Source of the DNA: Podarcis gaigeae
Lineage: Eukaryota
Direction: 5' to 3' (one strand)
DNA length: 51,829 nucleotides
NCBI GenBank assembly: GCA_964106915.2
Contig: OZ066928.1
The notes under the pieces: model-generated
The model's database searches: none
The model's input: only the letters and a program-made list of their open reading frames with translations
What the model was told of the DNA's origin: nothing
Position numbers and translations under genes: made by a program
In this document: positions 35,283 through 48,139 of the stretch, one piece after another
Layout: every line of letters begins with the position of its first letter
Numbering within the stretch: position 1 is the stretch's first letter

Positions 35283-35678
35283 ATTAAAGACAGGCACCAG
35301 GATGAGGTCAGTGAGATTCATAGTTTGCACAACAACATCTGCATCTGTATATAAGGAGATTTCTTGTCCTGGGTGTGGGAATGATAGAGGGTTGGTGGCC
35401 CAATCATTATTATTTGTATTGGAATCTGGGTGAACGCTGTTGCAACATTTCACATGTTGAGAAGCCTGCATGCCCATATTAGAATCGGAATTCATTCTGA
35501 ATCTGAAAGGCAATAGTAACAACAAAGGAGAAATGGAACCTACTAGTTCTGGCCATAATGATATCACCATACTTCTTCGGTTAAGTATGGTGTGTATGTG
35601 GACTCAATAAATTGTCTCAACTGCTATGTGCCATACCCTAGCATGGCTTTTGCTCCTCCTTACTTTTATTAGTCCTTA

Positions 35679-35780
35679 GGTGGTGCAGTGGGTTAGTGTG
35701 TCTTGTCGTTAATCAGAAGGCTGGTGGTTCAAGCCTACCCAGGGTCCCTTCCAACTCTACAGTTCTATCATTCTATGATC
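35679..35780 (+). mobile_element. Short tRNA-head/CR1-tail SINE with internal deletion
   Basis: ggtggtgcagtggg...ttaatcagaaggctggtggttcaagcctacccaggg joined directly to tcccttccaactctacagttctatcattctatga. Confidence 0.75.
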
Positions 35781-37496
35781 TACCTATAGGCATAAACAGG
35801 TCTCCACAGGAACAGGAGTAGAAGCGGCTCTGCTGTGAATATGGTGGATGATTGCCTGTGTTATTTTGGACAAAAACCAACATTGTTGAATTACATTAAC
35901 ACTCAAACCTGCCAGTTCTGCTGTTTTACACATGTTCTACCTCCCTGCCATATATTGTTACCCATCCAGAGGACATCATTAATTTGGCAGTGTACGAATG
36001 ATGTAAATTAATATAATGCCAAATTGCAATAAGTGAATCTGCTTTTAGCTTTTCCTCTTGCAAGCTTAATTCCCAGGGATGGCTGGTACCCACTGGAACT
36101 GGCAGAGAATAAGTCAGGGAGACCAATTACAGTCAGAATCAATGAAATCTAGATTTGCCGCCGTCTTCCTCTCATAAGAGTTCTTCAAGGGCCAAACTGC
36201 AAGGGCCAAACAGACTAAAGAGGAGGAAGCTGACAGCACATACTGCTTGCTGTACTGTGAATAAGAAGGCAAGCAAGTGGAGGCAGACTGAAGTTGATGG
36301 AAGGCTAGGCCCCAGTGGCCTAGCCTCCACTATCAGTGCCTCTTAAAGAAACATTAATTTTTTTTGTGGTCCTTTGCAATGTCTTTTTGTGGAGAAAAGT
36401 AATTAGCAAGAGATAAAAAGGGTGGAGCTTAAGAACCAATGCAGCTTGCAGTCGAAGGAAGCTAGAGTTGCTCTCACACTGTTACATAATATTTTGGCTG
36501 TGTGGTTCATGGAAACAGTGACTTGACCTTATACCAGTGCTTTGTCAAATGAGTACATAAATTGTTAGCTCAGTCTCCCTTGGGGGTAGACAGCTTGGGA
36601 AACTGTCTCCTTGCAATCTTTGAATCTGATTTGCTGCTATTAGTTCATGTATGTATTTGAGCAGTTTCCCAATAGTGCAAAAACTCATCACAATAACAGG
36701 ATTTGCCATAGCCCAAACAGACATGTAGTTTCTCTTCTAACCTTCTATACTCCCACATTAGAATTCCAGAATATTAGGCACTTTAAAAAAAAAGCAAAGA
36801 AAGTGCTAACTCTGTGCAGGTGCTCATAACTCTGACATTTGCAGACCAGAGGAACACAAGGGTGTGTAAGGTGTGTGAGAACAGTCACATAACTTCTCTC
36901 AGTTCTGGCACAACCTATCATTAGGTCAGAAAGGAAAACCTTGCACTCAGTCTTGGATAACAGCAGCGTGTGACCAAAGGTGCAGACAATCAGCAGCAAA
37001 TTCACTCTTGAAAACATCAGATCGAAGTGGTAAGAGCAGAAAGGCCATAATTATTTTGCATCCCATCTCTGCATTAATCTATGAATTCTTTTTTTTTAAA
37101 AAAAAACAACCTGTATTTATACATATTTTTTCGCAGTGTAAGCATTTCAAAATGTATTTGGTTCTAAAATATGCACAGGATTCATAGGTTGAGACGGGCC
37201 CAGTGTTGTTTTCCTGAGAGAGATGGCACATCAAGAAAAACAAGGAGAGGTGATGTCTTAGTCAGAGCGGGCAGGAATTCCTGCAGGGATTCTTGTATGT
37301 ATTCTTTGCCTCTTCTTAAAAGCTTGGTGGGTAGGCAGGAAAACCCATGGGAACAAGTTTGCAGTGCCTAGGCATTCTTGGAACTCCTGTTACTAACCTC
37401 AGGCTTGTGAATCTCAGCCCTTGGTCCAGGACTAGATTTATTGTTGCTACTCCTTTTTCTTGTAAGGGCACCTGGATGAGCTTGTGTCTTTAACAC

Positions 37497-37752
37497 AATA
37501 AGAGCTTACTGAATCAGGCCAGTGGCCCATCCAGTCCAACATCCTCTTCTCACAGTGGCCTGTTGGATCACATGCGCAGCGAAAGTGATGCCGAACCCAG
37601 TTCCATCTAAATCATCCATCAGAGGTTGATGGATTGATCCAACATGGCCAACCAGATTCCTGTGGGAAACCAGCAAGCAGGTTTCAAGTACAAGAGCTCT
37701 CTCCCCTTCTGTTCTTTCCAGCAACGGATATTCAGAAGAATTACTGCCTCTA
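37497..37752 (-). mobile_element. CR1 3' UTR fragment interrupted by an 84-bp insertion
   Basis: aagagcttactgaatcaggccagtggcccatccagtccaacatcctcttctcacagtggcc [insert] tggccaaccagattcctgtgggaaacc... Confidence 0.85.
37561..37644. mobile_element. 84-bp TG...CA element: minimal solo LTR or Ginger2/Tdd-type MITE
   Basis: Perfect 10-bp TIRs TGTTGGATCA / TGATCCAACA; perfect 5-bp TSD TGGCC (37556-37560, 37645-37649). The empty site is visible in other CR1 copies. Confidence 0.85.
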
Positions 37753-38850
37753 GAGCATTTCTTTCCTTTCATCTAAGTGCACTTGTCACTGGTTTGGGGC
37801 AAGTGCTAGGACAGGAGAGCCACTGCCAGTGTAGAGAATAATGTAGAACATAATGGGCTAGATGAACCAGAAGCAGCTTCTTAAGTTTGCTTGTGGCTCT
37901 TTGCATGGCGGCTTGGACCAACTTATTGACTTTATTATGTACTCATTCTGTGATGTACAGCTACTGTCCCATCACTATTAGCAATGGCAAGAATTAGCAG
38001 ATTCTACTGGAGGTTCTTCAGCTCCTTCTCCAAGAAATGATACCAAGGTCCTCTGTCAGCATCAGCTATGAAAACATTGCCTTTCTGTGTCCCTTTGCAA
38101 AACTTGGTGGTGTTGCATCAAAGAGCTAAATACACCCTGCAAGTCTTCTAAAGATAACGGTCTGCCCTTTTAACCTGAGAGGAGGCAAGACAGAAGCACT
38201 GTAGTGTTAGCTACTTGTGTTTAATGAAGAATGCCGGTTGCGATACAAAAAAATCTCTGTGTGTGTGTGTTCAGTGATGACCTGGGAATGTAAGAGCCCA
38301 GGGCACTGCAACAATGTGTTGCTATTTTTAAGGATGGCTGGGTGACAGGTAAAACCCATTAATTTGCGCTCCTATAGGGGTTGATGGAAGATTAGATTAC
38401 TTTTCGATGCTTTTTTCTCCCTAAAGGATTTTAGTAAGGCGAGGGAGAGAAACCAGGGTGGCTTTTTTATTATCGATTCAAAAATGCTTTAGTGGACTCT
38501 TTTTCAAACTGGAGTACTGTGGGGATCTTTTCAATGTGGAGGTTAAAGAGATGGTGTACAAAAATATGTTTAAATGAGGGCTTATCTATGCCACCATGAA
38601 CCTAGCTTGCTGTTGCACCAGTTTGCCTGTTACGTATTCTTCTAAAGAACCTTGGCAATTATAGTCTGGCTAGTATTCCTTGCTGATGATCCCCAAAACT
38701 ATAAATGAAAATGCTTCCCAACCAAATAATTCAGGTTAAACCCATTTTAACTCTGTAGTGGTGATGCAGCCTAAGTAAACGCTACCATAGGTCTTGCAGC
38801 TCTGCTTGGGAAAGCATGCTATAAGGGACTTTGGGTGTGAGCCTCTTGAG

Positions 38851-39420
38851 CAGGACCGGCCCACACAGGAAGCAAGGTGAGGGAACTGCCTTGGGTGGCA
38901 GGATCCACAGGGGCAGCACATCCAGCCTCCAAGGAACACATTGCCCATGGCTGCTGCTGCTGTCACAGTTGTTGTTGTTGTTGTTGTTTACTCATTTAGT
39001 TGTGTCCGACTCTTTGAGACCCCATGGACTAGAGCATGCCAGGCACTCCTGTCTTCTGCAGTGACAAATACATCATGCTCTTTGGAGACTGTTCAGCAGC
39101 TCCCACCCACCCCCATACCACTTCTGCAGGGGCCTCTTGGTGTCTAGGAGGCACTTCTGGTCTGCTCCCAATGCTAAGGATTAAATGGCAGGGGCTCCCT
39201 TCTGGGATCTCCTGGGGTCTGCACCTTCAAGGCGTGAGTCAGAGTGCCCCCAACCCCCCCCCCCAGCCTTTGATTCCCACTTTAACCATTGGATAAGGTT
39301 GATTTGAATCCCCTCTCTACTTGTTCCCAGTGTATATCTTCACTCCCTGTTTCTTCCCTGGTATTGGAGGGCACCATGTTGTAGTTAGCCTCAGGTGCCA
39401 AAGGTCATGAGCTGGACCTG
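38851..39420. mobile_element. hAT non-autonomous element (570 bp including nested BovB tail)
   Basis: caggaccggc / gctggacctg termini; perfect 8-bp TSD ctcttgag (38843-38850, 39421-39428). Confidence 0.85.
38968..39060 (-). mobile_element. BovB extreme 3' tail
   Basis: (GTT)n then tttagttgtgtccgactctttgagaccccatggactagagcatgccaggcactcctgtc, matching 29745-29825. Confidence 0.9.
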
Positions 39421-39657
39421 CTCTTGAGCAGCAGCCACACCTCACCCCCCCACCCCATGCTGCACAACAACCTGCTTGCCTCCTTGTGAAACAGAAGGTG
39501 GCCCAAACAGCTGTTTGTGATAAAGAAGGGCCTGGTACTGATAGATAGAAAGAAAAATCCCTACAGCTATGACCAGTCCCTTGGAAGCACCCAATGAAGG
39601 AGTCTTTGGACCTTGGCCAAGTTATGTCCGAAAGAAGTGCTTCTGTTCTACTGTATT

Positions 39658-40099
39658 TAGGATGGGGGATGAATTATATTCAGTTTGCATTTGAAGGCAA
39701 ATCTATCAAATTTACACTTTCCTAAAGAATGTGGAACCAAAACACAGCCATCCTTTGAAATTTGTTCTTGTATTGAATTTGTGATGTAGTTCTCCAACCA
39801 AACAATATTTACAAAAATGCATGTTAGGGTAAATTACACATAAAAATAATTATATTCAAGGGGAGAAACATACAAAATACATTATGTTCAGGAAAACTTT
39901 GAAAAATAATAATAATACAGTAGTCAGAAATGCATACAAAAATTGTTTATTAGGATGAATTCACACCAAAGTGTTGATTAATTTTGATAAGGAATTAAAA
40001 CAAAAAATACATAGTGCTGAAGAAATGTGGAGAGCTGAATTTAAGATTGGAAAAATGAGAAACCAAGATGTCTGAAATCATCAGATTTTTTCAGCCCTG
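39658..40099 (+). mobile_element. hAT-Ac-type MITE (TAGGGATG family), full length
   Basis: taggatggggg...cagccctg termini; colinear with 46277-46704. Confidence 0.75.
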
Positions 40100-42030
40100 A
40101 TAGTAATATGGTGTCACAATTCCTCTGTTTTTTGTTTTTGTTTTTGTCTTCCATGCTCTCCTTTTCCATTGGATATGGAGTATAGCTTACTCCTTTTTCC
40201 TCTAAGGCTCAGCTCCTCAAACAGTGGCTCATCTTGTAGTCATCCTTCCTGACTCCAGCCTTCATTAACAAAACCTTTTATAATTTCCATGTCTTATGGT
40301 CTTTGAAGGTAGCTTTGATGGCGCTGAGGTTGTGCTTTTTTAGTGTATTTTCTTCTGCAGCAGACAGATGTTTAAAAATACAATGCAAACATGCTAGCCA
40401 TTTTTAAAGAACCTTTCAAGACAAGCATCTCTTGCGATCCACATTAGACAGGTTCAGCAGGTTTTGTTTTCTGAAAGCAAATTTTGTTTGGCAGGAATTG
40501 GCTTGGAGCCACTAAGAATTTGAGTGACGCGGTAACCTGATTTTCAGAACCATTCGAGGAAAATGCTTCTGAGCCTCCAGTAAATAAATAAAAGTGAAGG
40601 ATCCTCTTGTACAAGTCAAAAATTCTGTGGCTTTTCTGAAAACACAGTATTTCATCAGTTTAAGGCAGGTGTGGGAAGACTTCTTTTCCATCAAGGGACC
40701 TTATGACAGAGGTGGGTGAGGCTAAAGTAATAAATGGGCAGGGCAATTTAAAAAGAGGGCAGATTCCTCCTTCTTTCTCTGCCACACACTTTCTGCCCCA
40801 CTTCCCTCCAGTGCTTGGAATGAACTTATTTGGTTTAATGAGCTTCACTGAATTAGGTTTTTTTTTTTTTTAAAAAAATAAAATATCTCTGACCTGCACC
40901 CAAAAGTTGCTCCCAAAGTTACCAGGTAAACTGAATGTGAATGAAGTCCTTTTGGGGGTAGAACTTTGAATGATTTTCTTAAAGGAATCTTTGAAATATA
41001 GCCTTTGCCCATAAAACCCCCAATCCAGATTTCATTTTTGCAAAGTTTCATGTGACCAGTTGTTGATGGCATTGTGCATGTGTGTGTTTATACCACTGAG
41101 AGATAGCCATGCTCATGTATCCAATTGGAATCGCATGCAGCCTGTGTTTCTCCTTCTCTGCCAAACCTCCATATTCAGTCATTGATTTCCCTCCTTTACA
41201 GAAAATAAATTGTATGGAATCAGACACAATGAAAGTTGAAAATAATTGCCCACACCAATGGAGCAGCAGTTTCTGCATCTGATTACAGTGGTATCTATTG
41301 TTTAAGGTCAGATAGAGTCAGCAGACAGACCATCCAAAGCTCCTCCATTATACATTTTCCTTCGCTCAGTTGCAACACAGTCAGTTCAAGTTAATGCAAC
41401 ATGAATTGTGCACTGCAACTATTTCAGCAAGAACATTTCAAATGTCAAAGGTACTCCTTTAAAGTTATCTTGAGTACACCGTGCTTCAGTGGCATATTTC
41501 GTGAAACATGCATAGAACTTTAGCAAAATGCTTTAAAAATAACATTTAAAATAAATAAATTGGGGGAGTTCTTGCTGGGCTTTATCACATCAGGCTGAAA
41601 GTGGTGGTAGAGGATTGCACCCCAAGTAGATTTTCTACATGTGGGGATATGCATGCATGTGAATGTGATCCTTGTTTTAGGGAAGCTGGATAATTCCACT
41701 GAAAGCAGAAGCAGGAATAGCTTTCACTTATTTGTCCCATGTCCAGTATGGAAATCCATCCAGTGAATATGATCAGTATTTATTCCTTTTGGTGTTGTTA
41801 CTTTTTCCAGTTTGCAGTTGATTGGTATCTGATCACCCACCCACACAATTTGCATTACATTCTCTTTTAACTGAAATAAATGGGGTAGAATAATGTAATG
41901 ACAAGGTATCTGTACCACAGTGGACAGTGAGATGAATAATGTAGGTTTTTTGTCAGAAGCCAAACTGCAGCAGGACAGAAAATGTGGCAAATACAGGGCA
42001 GAATAGAAAATTGCACATTCTCCCATCCCT

Positions 42031-42170
42031 TTGGTGCAAATGGGTCAGTTCGTCTGGCTGTTAACCAGAAGGTTGGTGGTTTAAGCCCACCCAGGAATGA
42101 CTGTGGGCAGGATTCCTGCATTGCAGGGAGCTGGACTAACCTTCCAACTCTACATGATTCAGTGATTCTA
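42031..42170 (+). mobile_element. Short tRNA-head SINE with CR1 3' tail
   Basis: ctgttaaccagaaggttggtggtttaagcccacccagg...ccttccaactctacatgattc. Confidence 0.8.
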
Positions 42171-42229
42171 CTCACCACCATCACATCCTGCAGACATGTT
42201 CTAAAGCAGAGATGAGGAACCTCAGAGAT

Positions 42230-42563
42230 GAGGGCCAACCAGGCTTCCCTATTCGTCCTTCAGGACTTTCCACAGATCCTCCTCAGGCCATGCTTCTCAC
42301 TGGCACTGGATTCCCCTGAGTACTTTTGCCTGGCTGGATTGTGTTTTTGAACTGGGATAATGCCTCTTGCTTGCCTGCATGGAGGATGCAGAGAGATGTA
42401 CTTGTGTATAGAAACCTCTTTCATGGCTTACTGATGCCACTTCTGTTGCTCCACCCTCTCTTGCCTCTGGCCACACCCACTTTTGCCACTGTTGCTGCCC
42501 ACTCTTGGAAAGTTGACCAAGAGGGAATGTGGCTCCTGGGCTGAAAAAGGTTTCACACACGTG
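42230..42563 (+). mobile_element. Degenerate hAT-Charlie MITE
   Basis: 3' end gaatgtggctcctgggctgaaaaaggtttcacacacgtg. Related sequence lies in the opposite orientation at about 6890-7480. Confidence 0.5.
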
Positions 42564-43049
42564 CCCCAAATATTCAATGGCTGTCAAGGAACCATCTTCT
42601 GGATTGCTTGATGATGATAGGGGTGAGATCTTTCTGCAACAATGAGCCTTCATGGTTGGTGTCTGGACCACACGAAACATGCATCCATGGGGACTGAAGC
42701 AGCTGTTAAAGATAACCAGCATGAAAGACGGGTGAAGAGGCTGCTTGTTTGGGGGAGGAACTGGTGCTGCTTTGCACCACTGGCCTTCAGCTGGTGGGTC
42801 AGGATCCACTATTGGGTCACAGCTGGATCTTACGTGGGCTGCAACAGTAGCACTACCACTATACAAATACATGGTAAAGGTGGGCCTTTAACCCAAACAA
42901 GTCTGAAAAGGATGGAGACTACCAATGTATACCATATATATGTGTTACATAAGCAAAGTATTGCTTAGAAAGACCATAAACTAGTGGACATTTTCATCAC
43001 TTGTTGGAAGTGACTAGGGATGGATGAATGTGTCAATTTCGGTTTTTCA

Positions 43050-44787
43050 TTTTTTTTTATATAAATATTTATTAAGAATTTTTATAAGAAAAAAGCATAA
43101 ATAACAAACAACATTGCTTATGTCATACACAAAATTTCATAACTCCTTTGGACTTTCTCACATCTCCCGCTCCCACTTACATTGTTAAAAATTTTTTTCA
43201 AGCAAATTATCATCTTGTTTGCAATCTTATATCCACTCATTTAAATATAATCTGATAGTTCTCCCAAAGGATTTGTCTTTTCCTTTATCTCGCTTATCGT
43301 CTAGTTTCAATCTAGTTTAGTGGTGGCCAATTATTTATGATCAAGCATCCTTCTTAACATTCAATCAAATTACAATATTTTTGTAAATAAGTTTTAAATT
43401 TCTTCCAGTCTTCTTCCATCCTTTCTTCTCCCAGGTCTCGGATTCTGCCGGTCATCTCTGCCAGTTGCATATAGTCTATCAGCTGTATCTGCCATTCTTC
43501 CAGTGTGGGTAGATCTTGAGTCTTCCAATTTTTGGCAATAAGTATCCTTGCTGCTGTTGTTGCATACATAAAAAATGTTCGGTCCTTCTTTAACACCCCC
43601 TGGCCGACAATACCCAAGAGGAAGGCCTCTGGTTTCTTGGTGAAGGTATACTTAAATACCTTTTTCAGCTCATTATATATCATTTCCCAGAAGGCCTTCA
43701 CTTTAGGGCAGGTCCACCAGAGGTGAAAGAATGTTCCTTCATTTTCCTTACATTTCCAACATTTATTATCAGACGAATGGTATATTTTGGCAAGTTTAAC
43801 TGGGGTCATGTACCATCTATATATCATTTTCATTACATTTTCCTTCAAAGCATTACATGCAGTGAAGTTCAGCCCAATGGTCCACAACCTTTCCCAGTCC
43901 TCAAACATAATGTTATGCCCAATATCCTGTGCCCACTTTATCATAGCAGATTTAACCAGTTCGTCTTGTGTATTCCATTTTAACAGCAAGTTATACATTC
44001 TTGATAGTACCTTAGTCTTTGGTTCTAACAGTTCTGTCTCCAACTTCGATTTCTCCACCTGGAACCCTAGTTTTTTGTCATTTTTAAAACCTTCTTTAAT
44101 CTGGGCGTAATGTAACCAGTCTCGCACTTTACCCTCCATTTTCTCCAAACTCTGCAATTTCCAATTGTCACCGTCTTTTTCTAATATTTCCCAATATTTT
44201 GGCCATTTGGCCTCCATATTGGGTCTTTTTCGGGCCTTGGCTTCCAGAGGGGACAGCCACCTCAGAGTTTTGTTTTCCAATAAGTCTTTATATTTTGTCC
44301 AGACATTAAATACTGCTTTCCTGACAATATGGTTCTTAAAGGCCTTATTGATCTTAACTTTATCATACCATAAATATGCATGCCAGCCAAAAGCATTGTT
44401 AAAACCTTCCAAATCGAACACATCAGTGTCTTCAAGAAGTAGCCAGTCTTTTAGCCAGCAGAAAGCTGCGGCTTCATAGTACAGTTTTAAGTCTGGCAGG
44501 GCGAAGCCCCCTCTTTCTTTCGCATCAGTTAATATCTTAAACTTAATTCTGGGCTTTTTGCCCTGCCAGACAAATTTAGAAATATCTCTCTGCCACTTCC
44601 GGAAACACTCCGTCTTGTCCACAATTTGCAATGTTTGAAACAAAAACAACATCTTTGGCAATACATTCATCTTAATAGCAGCAATTTGGCCTAGCAAAGA
44701 AAGCTTCAATTTTGACCAACTGTCCAAGTCTCTCTTAATTTCAGACCAACATTTTTCATAATTATCCTTAAATAGACTCAGATTTTT
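43050..44787 (-). mobile_element. L1-clade LINE, 5'-truncated (about 1.74 kb), young
   Basis: Uninterrupted ORF2 C-terminus, about 300-nt 3' UTR, AATAAA (43068-43073) and poly(A); 13-bp TSD tttcggtttttca at 43037-43049 and 44788-44800. Confidence 0.97.
43354..44787 (-). pseudogene. L1 ORF2 C-terminal fragment (post-RT region and zf-RVT-like Cys motif); 5'-truncated
   Basis: LSLLGQIAAIKMNVLPKMLFLFQ, GGFALPDLKLYYEAA and CWKCKENEGTFFHLWWTCPKV. The first about 29 residues of the listed 506-aa ORF come from the flank. Confidence 0.9.
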
Positions 44788-45303
44788 TTTCGGTTTTTCA
44801 ATCCCCCGCGCCCCCCAGTCTTCAATTTGGTGGTTCAGGATCTGCAAACGACAGAGGTTCAAATTAGAATGCAAACTTAACCAATTTTCCCCACATCTCT
44901 AGAAGCATGTAGCAATATAATCTCTCTTGCCCTTTCCAAAGTCTATTTGAAATCAGACTATTCCCCCAATGATGGCAGCAGCAGCAGCAGCAGCTCCTTG
45001 TTGACAAATGCACTTTAAGGAAAACTGCCTTCAACCTCCTCCTTTTTGAGAGAGAGTAATTGCAAAGGAATTTCAGAAACTGTTCACTTTCAAGATTGCA
45101 TTTGTCTCTGGAGAGTAATTGTGTACAGTTGTATATTCTTGAAGCAGTATTTACAATCCTTTTTAGAACTTGCTGTTCAGTGAAGGCTTACGTCTGTCAC
45201 ATTTCATTATTGTGCAGGCACGTGCTTAACACCTTTTTTCACATCAAAACATCGCTATGCCAAAGCACCCACTAGCACAGTGCTGCTGCATGATGGAAAC
45301 TTT

Positions 45304-45473
45304 GGCTGGATCTAGACACATCAAAGAAGCGTTTCAGTTAAAAGCATTGTAAATTTAAACAGGGAAAACAAGTAGAGAAAAACGGGACTCCACGTAGCAA
45401 TCTGGTGGCACAATATTATATTGCACGTACAACGCGTATAAATCGCTTTTTCTTTACCAGTCTAGCTCAGTCC
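45304..45473. mobile_element. Possible PIF/Harbinger-type MITE
   Basis: ggctggatctagac...gtctagctcagtcc imperfect inverted termini; retained CpGs. Confidence 0.45.
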
Positions 45474-46276
45474 TTTGTCTTTGTTTAATAAAAACACAAC
45501 AAACAACAGTTCATTCAGATCTAGTTACTTTATTGAGTTTCGACATATCTATGTTGTGTCAAACAATTGATTTGAAGAATTGTTTAATACTGATAAAGTG
45601 ACCAAGCGGCCCTTTTTGTGTTAAGGACATAGCTTCCTAGTATGTCTAAACTAGCTGCTGCAACTGCTTTTTGGGGGTGCATTTAGGAACCCTTGGGTTG
45701 AAGGAGATCTGGACCTCAGCTTAGAAGTCTAATCTTAGGCTGAAGTTCTGCTCAAACATTCCACATTTCTGAGTCATTCCTTGCTCTCCAGTATGGTGTG
45801 TACCAGATTTTGAGTAAAGTCAGGCAGTCCTTGGAGATTTTTATTTTTATTTTATTTTTTAGAAAATGGATTTAAGGTAAAAGTATTTTATTGTATTAAA
45901 AAAGAACACTTTGAAATTAGTTTAGAATACACGACTTTCTTATTGCTGCTGATCAAATGCAGAATGACTTCTCTATATTTTTTTTAACTTGAAAGAGGCA
46001 TGGATTCCTTCAAAACTAGAGAGAACAAGCTTCCCCCTTTCCCCAGCCTTTCAAAACAGAGCATTGTTGTATCGCTAAACCAGCCTGCCTCTGTGCAATC
46101 ATCTGTCTGCTCCTGGGACCTGACACAATTACTGCTGAGAACAAGGAAGCTGGAAGGACGCTGGTAGTTTTGTTGGTGAGGAGGGGATGGATGAAGTTTG
46201 TTCGAAAATATATTTCTTAAAATTTCCTTGTGATGCGGTGCAACTTTTGACTCTGAATTCAGAAGTGTGCTCCATG

Positions 46277-46704
46277 TATGGATGGGGGAGAAATCCGTTT
46301 CAGGTCACACTTGAAAACAAACCTGTTAAGTTCACACTTTTTGTAACAATATGTGAACCAAAGCACATCCACGGTTAAAAAATTACACTTCTCTAAATTT
46401 TACAGTGCAGTTCTCTGACCTGGTAATGTGCACAAAAACAATAATAGTGTAAGTAAAATAATAAAATAATAGTGTAAGTAATGTGCAAAACGGCATTACT
46501 TTTAGAAAAATTGCTTTGCAAAAAGGGATATATTAGCCAAAATTGCTTACATAAAAGAGTTTGTGCTGGGAGGAATTCGCACTAAAGTGACAATGAATTT
46601 TCACGAGGACTTAAAAAGAAATCCACAAACAGATGTGCAGATGTGGAGATTACAAAAAATGAGAAACTGCAAGGATCAAAAAATGACAGATTCCCTTATA
46701 CCTA
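46277..46704 (+). mobile_element. hAT-Ac-type MITE (TAGGGATG family), full length
   Basis: tatggatgggggagaaat...tataccta; colinear with 39658-40099. Contains a 17-bp internal duplication aataatagtgtaagtaa. Confidence 0.75.
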
Positions 46705-46864
46705 GTACGCAACTTCCAGGAGATGCTGATGTACTATTGATAAGAGTGGTTTTATTTTTTTAATTGCAACAGTACCCAAAATGTCTTCCACCTAAGATGT
46801 GCTTGTACAGCACTAAGGATCCAGCTATTTCACAGTCCATGGTGTTTTGTACTTTGCTGTTTTG

Positions 46865-47056
46865 CATGGGTGCCAACTTGAATAAAATACTGGAGGGGGG
46901 GGAGGAGGTAAGTCCCACCCACATAATAGATCAGAAGATGTGGTGCATGCACACCATTTGAATGCAATGCCCATCAACTTTGGAGGAGCCCAGCACCCTC
47001 AAATATTTTATTGGGGGAAGCGAAGGGACCTCAGCTGCTAGGAGTTGGTTCTTATG
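46865..47056. mobile_element. hAT MITE (CATGGGTGCCAACT...AGTTGGTTCTTATG)
   Basis: Imperfect 14-bp TIRs; degenerate TSD ctgttttg / ctgttgta. Confidence 0.7.
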
Positions 47057-47519
47057 CTGTTGTATTTTTTAATTTGGGGGTTTTCACTAATGAAAATATC
47101 ACCGGGGATCAGTTCGACCCCAATTAAAGTAAATAGGAGTGAAACACTATGCTTCTATGGTATTAGGGCTCTAACTGACCCCAACAAACTCAATATTTCA
47201 TTTATTTTGATGCATAGGGAGAAAGAGGGTTACCCACTCAGTATTCCCCCCACCTCGCTTAATTCATAAACTCAGCTGTTTAGACAGTATGACAGCCTGC
47301 TTCTACCGAGCCAGGGTAGCTCAGTGCTGTTTTTAACTGACTGGCAGCAGGTCTTGTGGGTTGAAGGCAGGGATATTTCCAAACCTCTTCTTTATATGTA
47401 AGGGCATTTTCCTTTCACAAGCTAAGTGTGCTTTGCTTTGTGCTACAGCCCTGCTGCTTTTCAGTTAAATTGTGTGGGTAAAAGGATCTGGGGCCTCCGA
47501 GACTCCATGACAGCATTCC

Positions 47520-47641
47520 CTTAGTTGGCTCTCCAGATGTTGCTGGCCTCTAACTCCCATCAGCTCAATGCAGTGTAGTCAAAGGATGATGGGCTCTGTA
47601 GTCCAATAATATCTGGAGGGTATATAACTGGAGAAAGCTGC
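47520..47641. mobile_element. URR1-like palindromic hAT MITE
   Basis: ctctccagatgttgctggcctctaactcccatca...tgatgggctctgtagtccaataatatctggaggg. Confidence 0.7.
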
Positions 47642-48139
47642 CTAGTAGGAAAGAACATAGTGAAGAACACTGGACACCATCGTTATATAGATGTAGCCCT
47701 GCACTGTAAACCATAATTCTTAACAGAATGTCATCTATAATATTATTTTATTTGTAAACCTATATATGTGGGTTGCCTTTTAGGACACTGTCCTCACAAG
47801 GCAGCTTATAATTTGTCTTTCTCTCACACCTCACCACCCCCCAAAAGCAGCCAACTTTTCATTACAGTAAAGGCTACAGACAATATTCAATTACAACTTC
47901 ATTTTCTCATTTCATATCACAAAATATTGAAGTGAGTGTCAGAGGTTCCCTTGTAGAGGTAAAATGGTAAGAAACGGTCACCACCTTTGAAGAAAATCAC
48001 CAATGTAAGAGAAATCACTTGCCTCTCAAAATCTTGTTCATAAGTAAAATTTCCAAGAACTTGTTAAACTGTTCTTTAATGGGTGGTGAGGGGCGGGGAA
48101 CTACTGCAGACTCAAGAGGAGCAACTCACCCTGTGATTA

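Larger units (their letters stand above)
43015..44901 (-). mobile_element. Short TAGGGATG-family hAT MITE split by the L1 insertion (43015-43049 + 44788-44901)
   Basis: tagggatgg at 43015 and ccacatctcta at about 44891-44901. Both pieces match the reverse complement of the family ends. Confidence 0.65.

Noticed and set aside
35984-36005. miR-34/449-like TGGCAGTGTA (also let-7-like at about 26833 and miR-130-like at 11641)
   Set aside because: Only the seed matches; the 3' part diverges and no precursor hairpin is evident.
38274-38350. GTGATGA C-box suggesting a C/D snoRNA
   Set aside because: No properly placed CTGA D-box or terminal stem.
42297-42872. 191-aa minus-strand ORF
   Set aside because: About half lies in a degenerate hAT MITE; no recognisable homology.
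44788-44874. N-terminus of the 506-aa ORF as a real start
   Set aside because: Lies outside the L1 TSD in MITE sequence, so it is a fortuitous in-frame extension.
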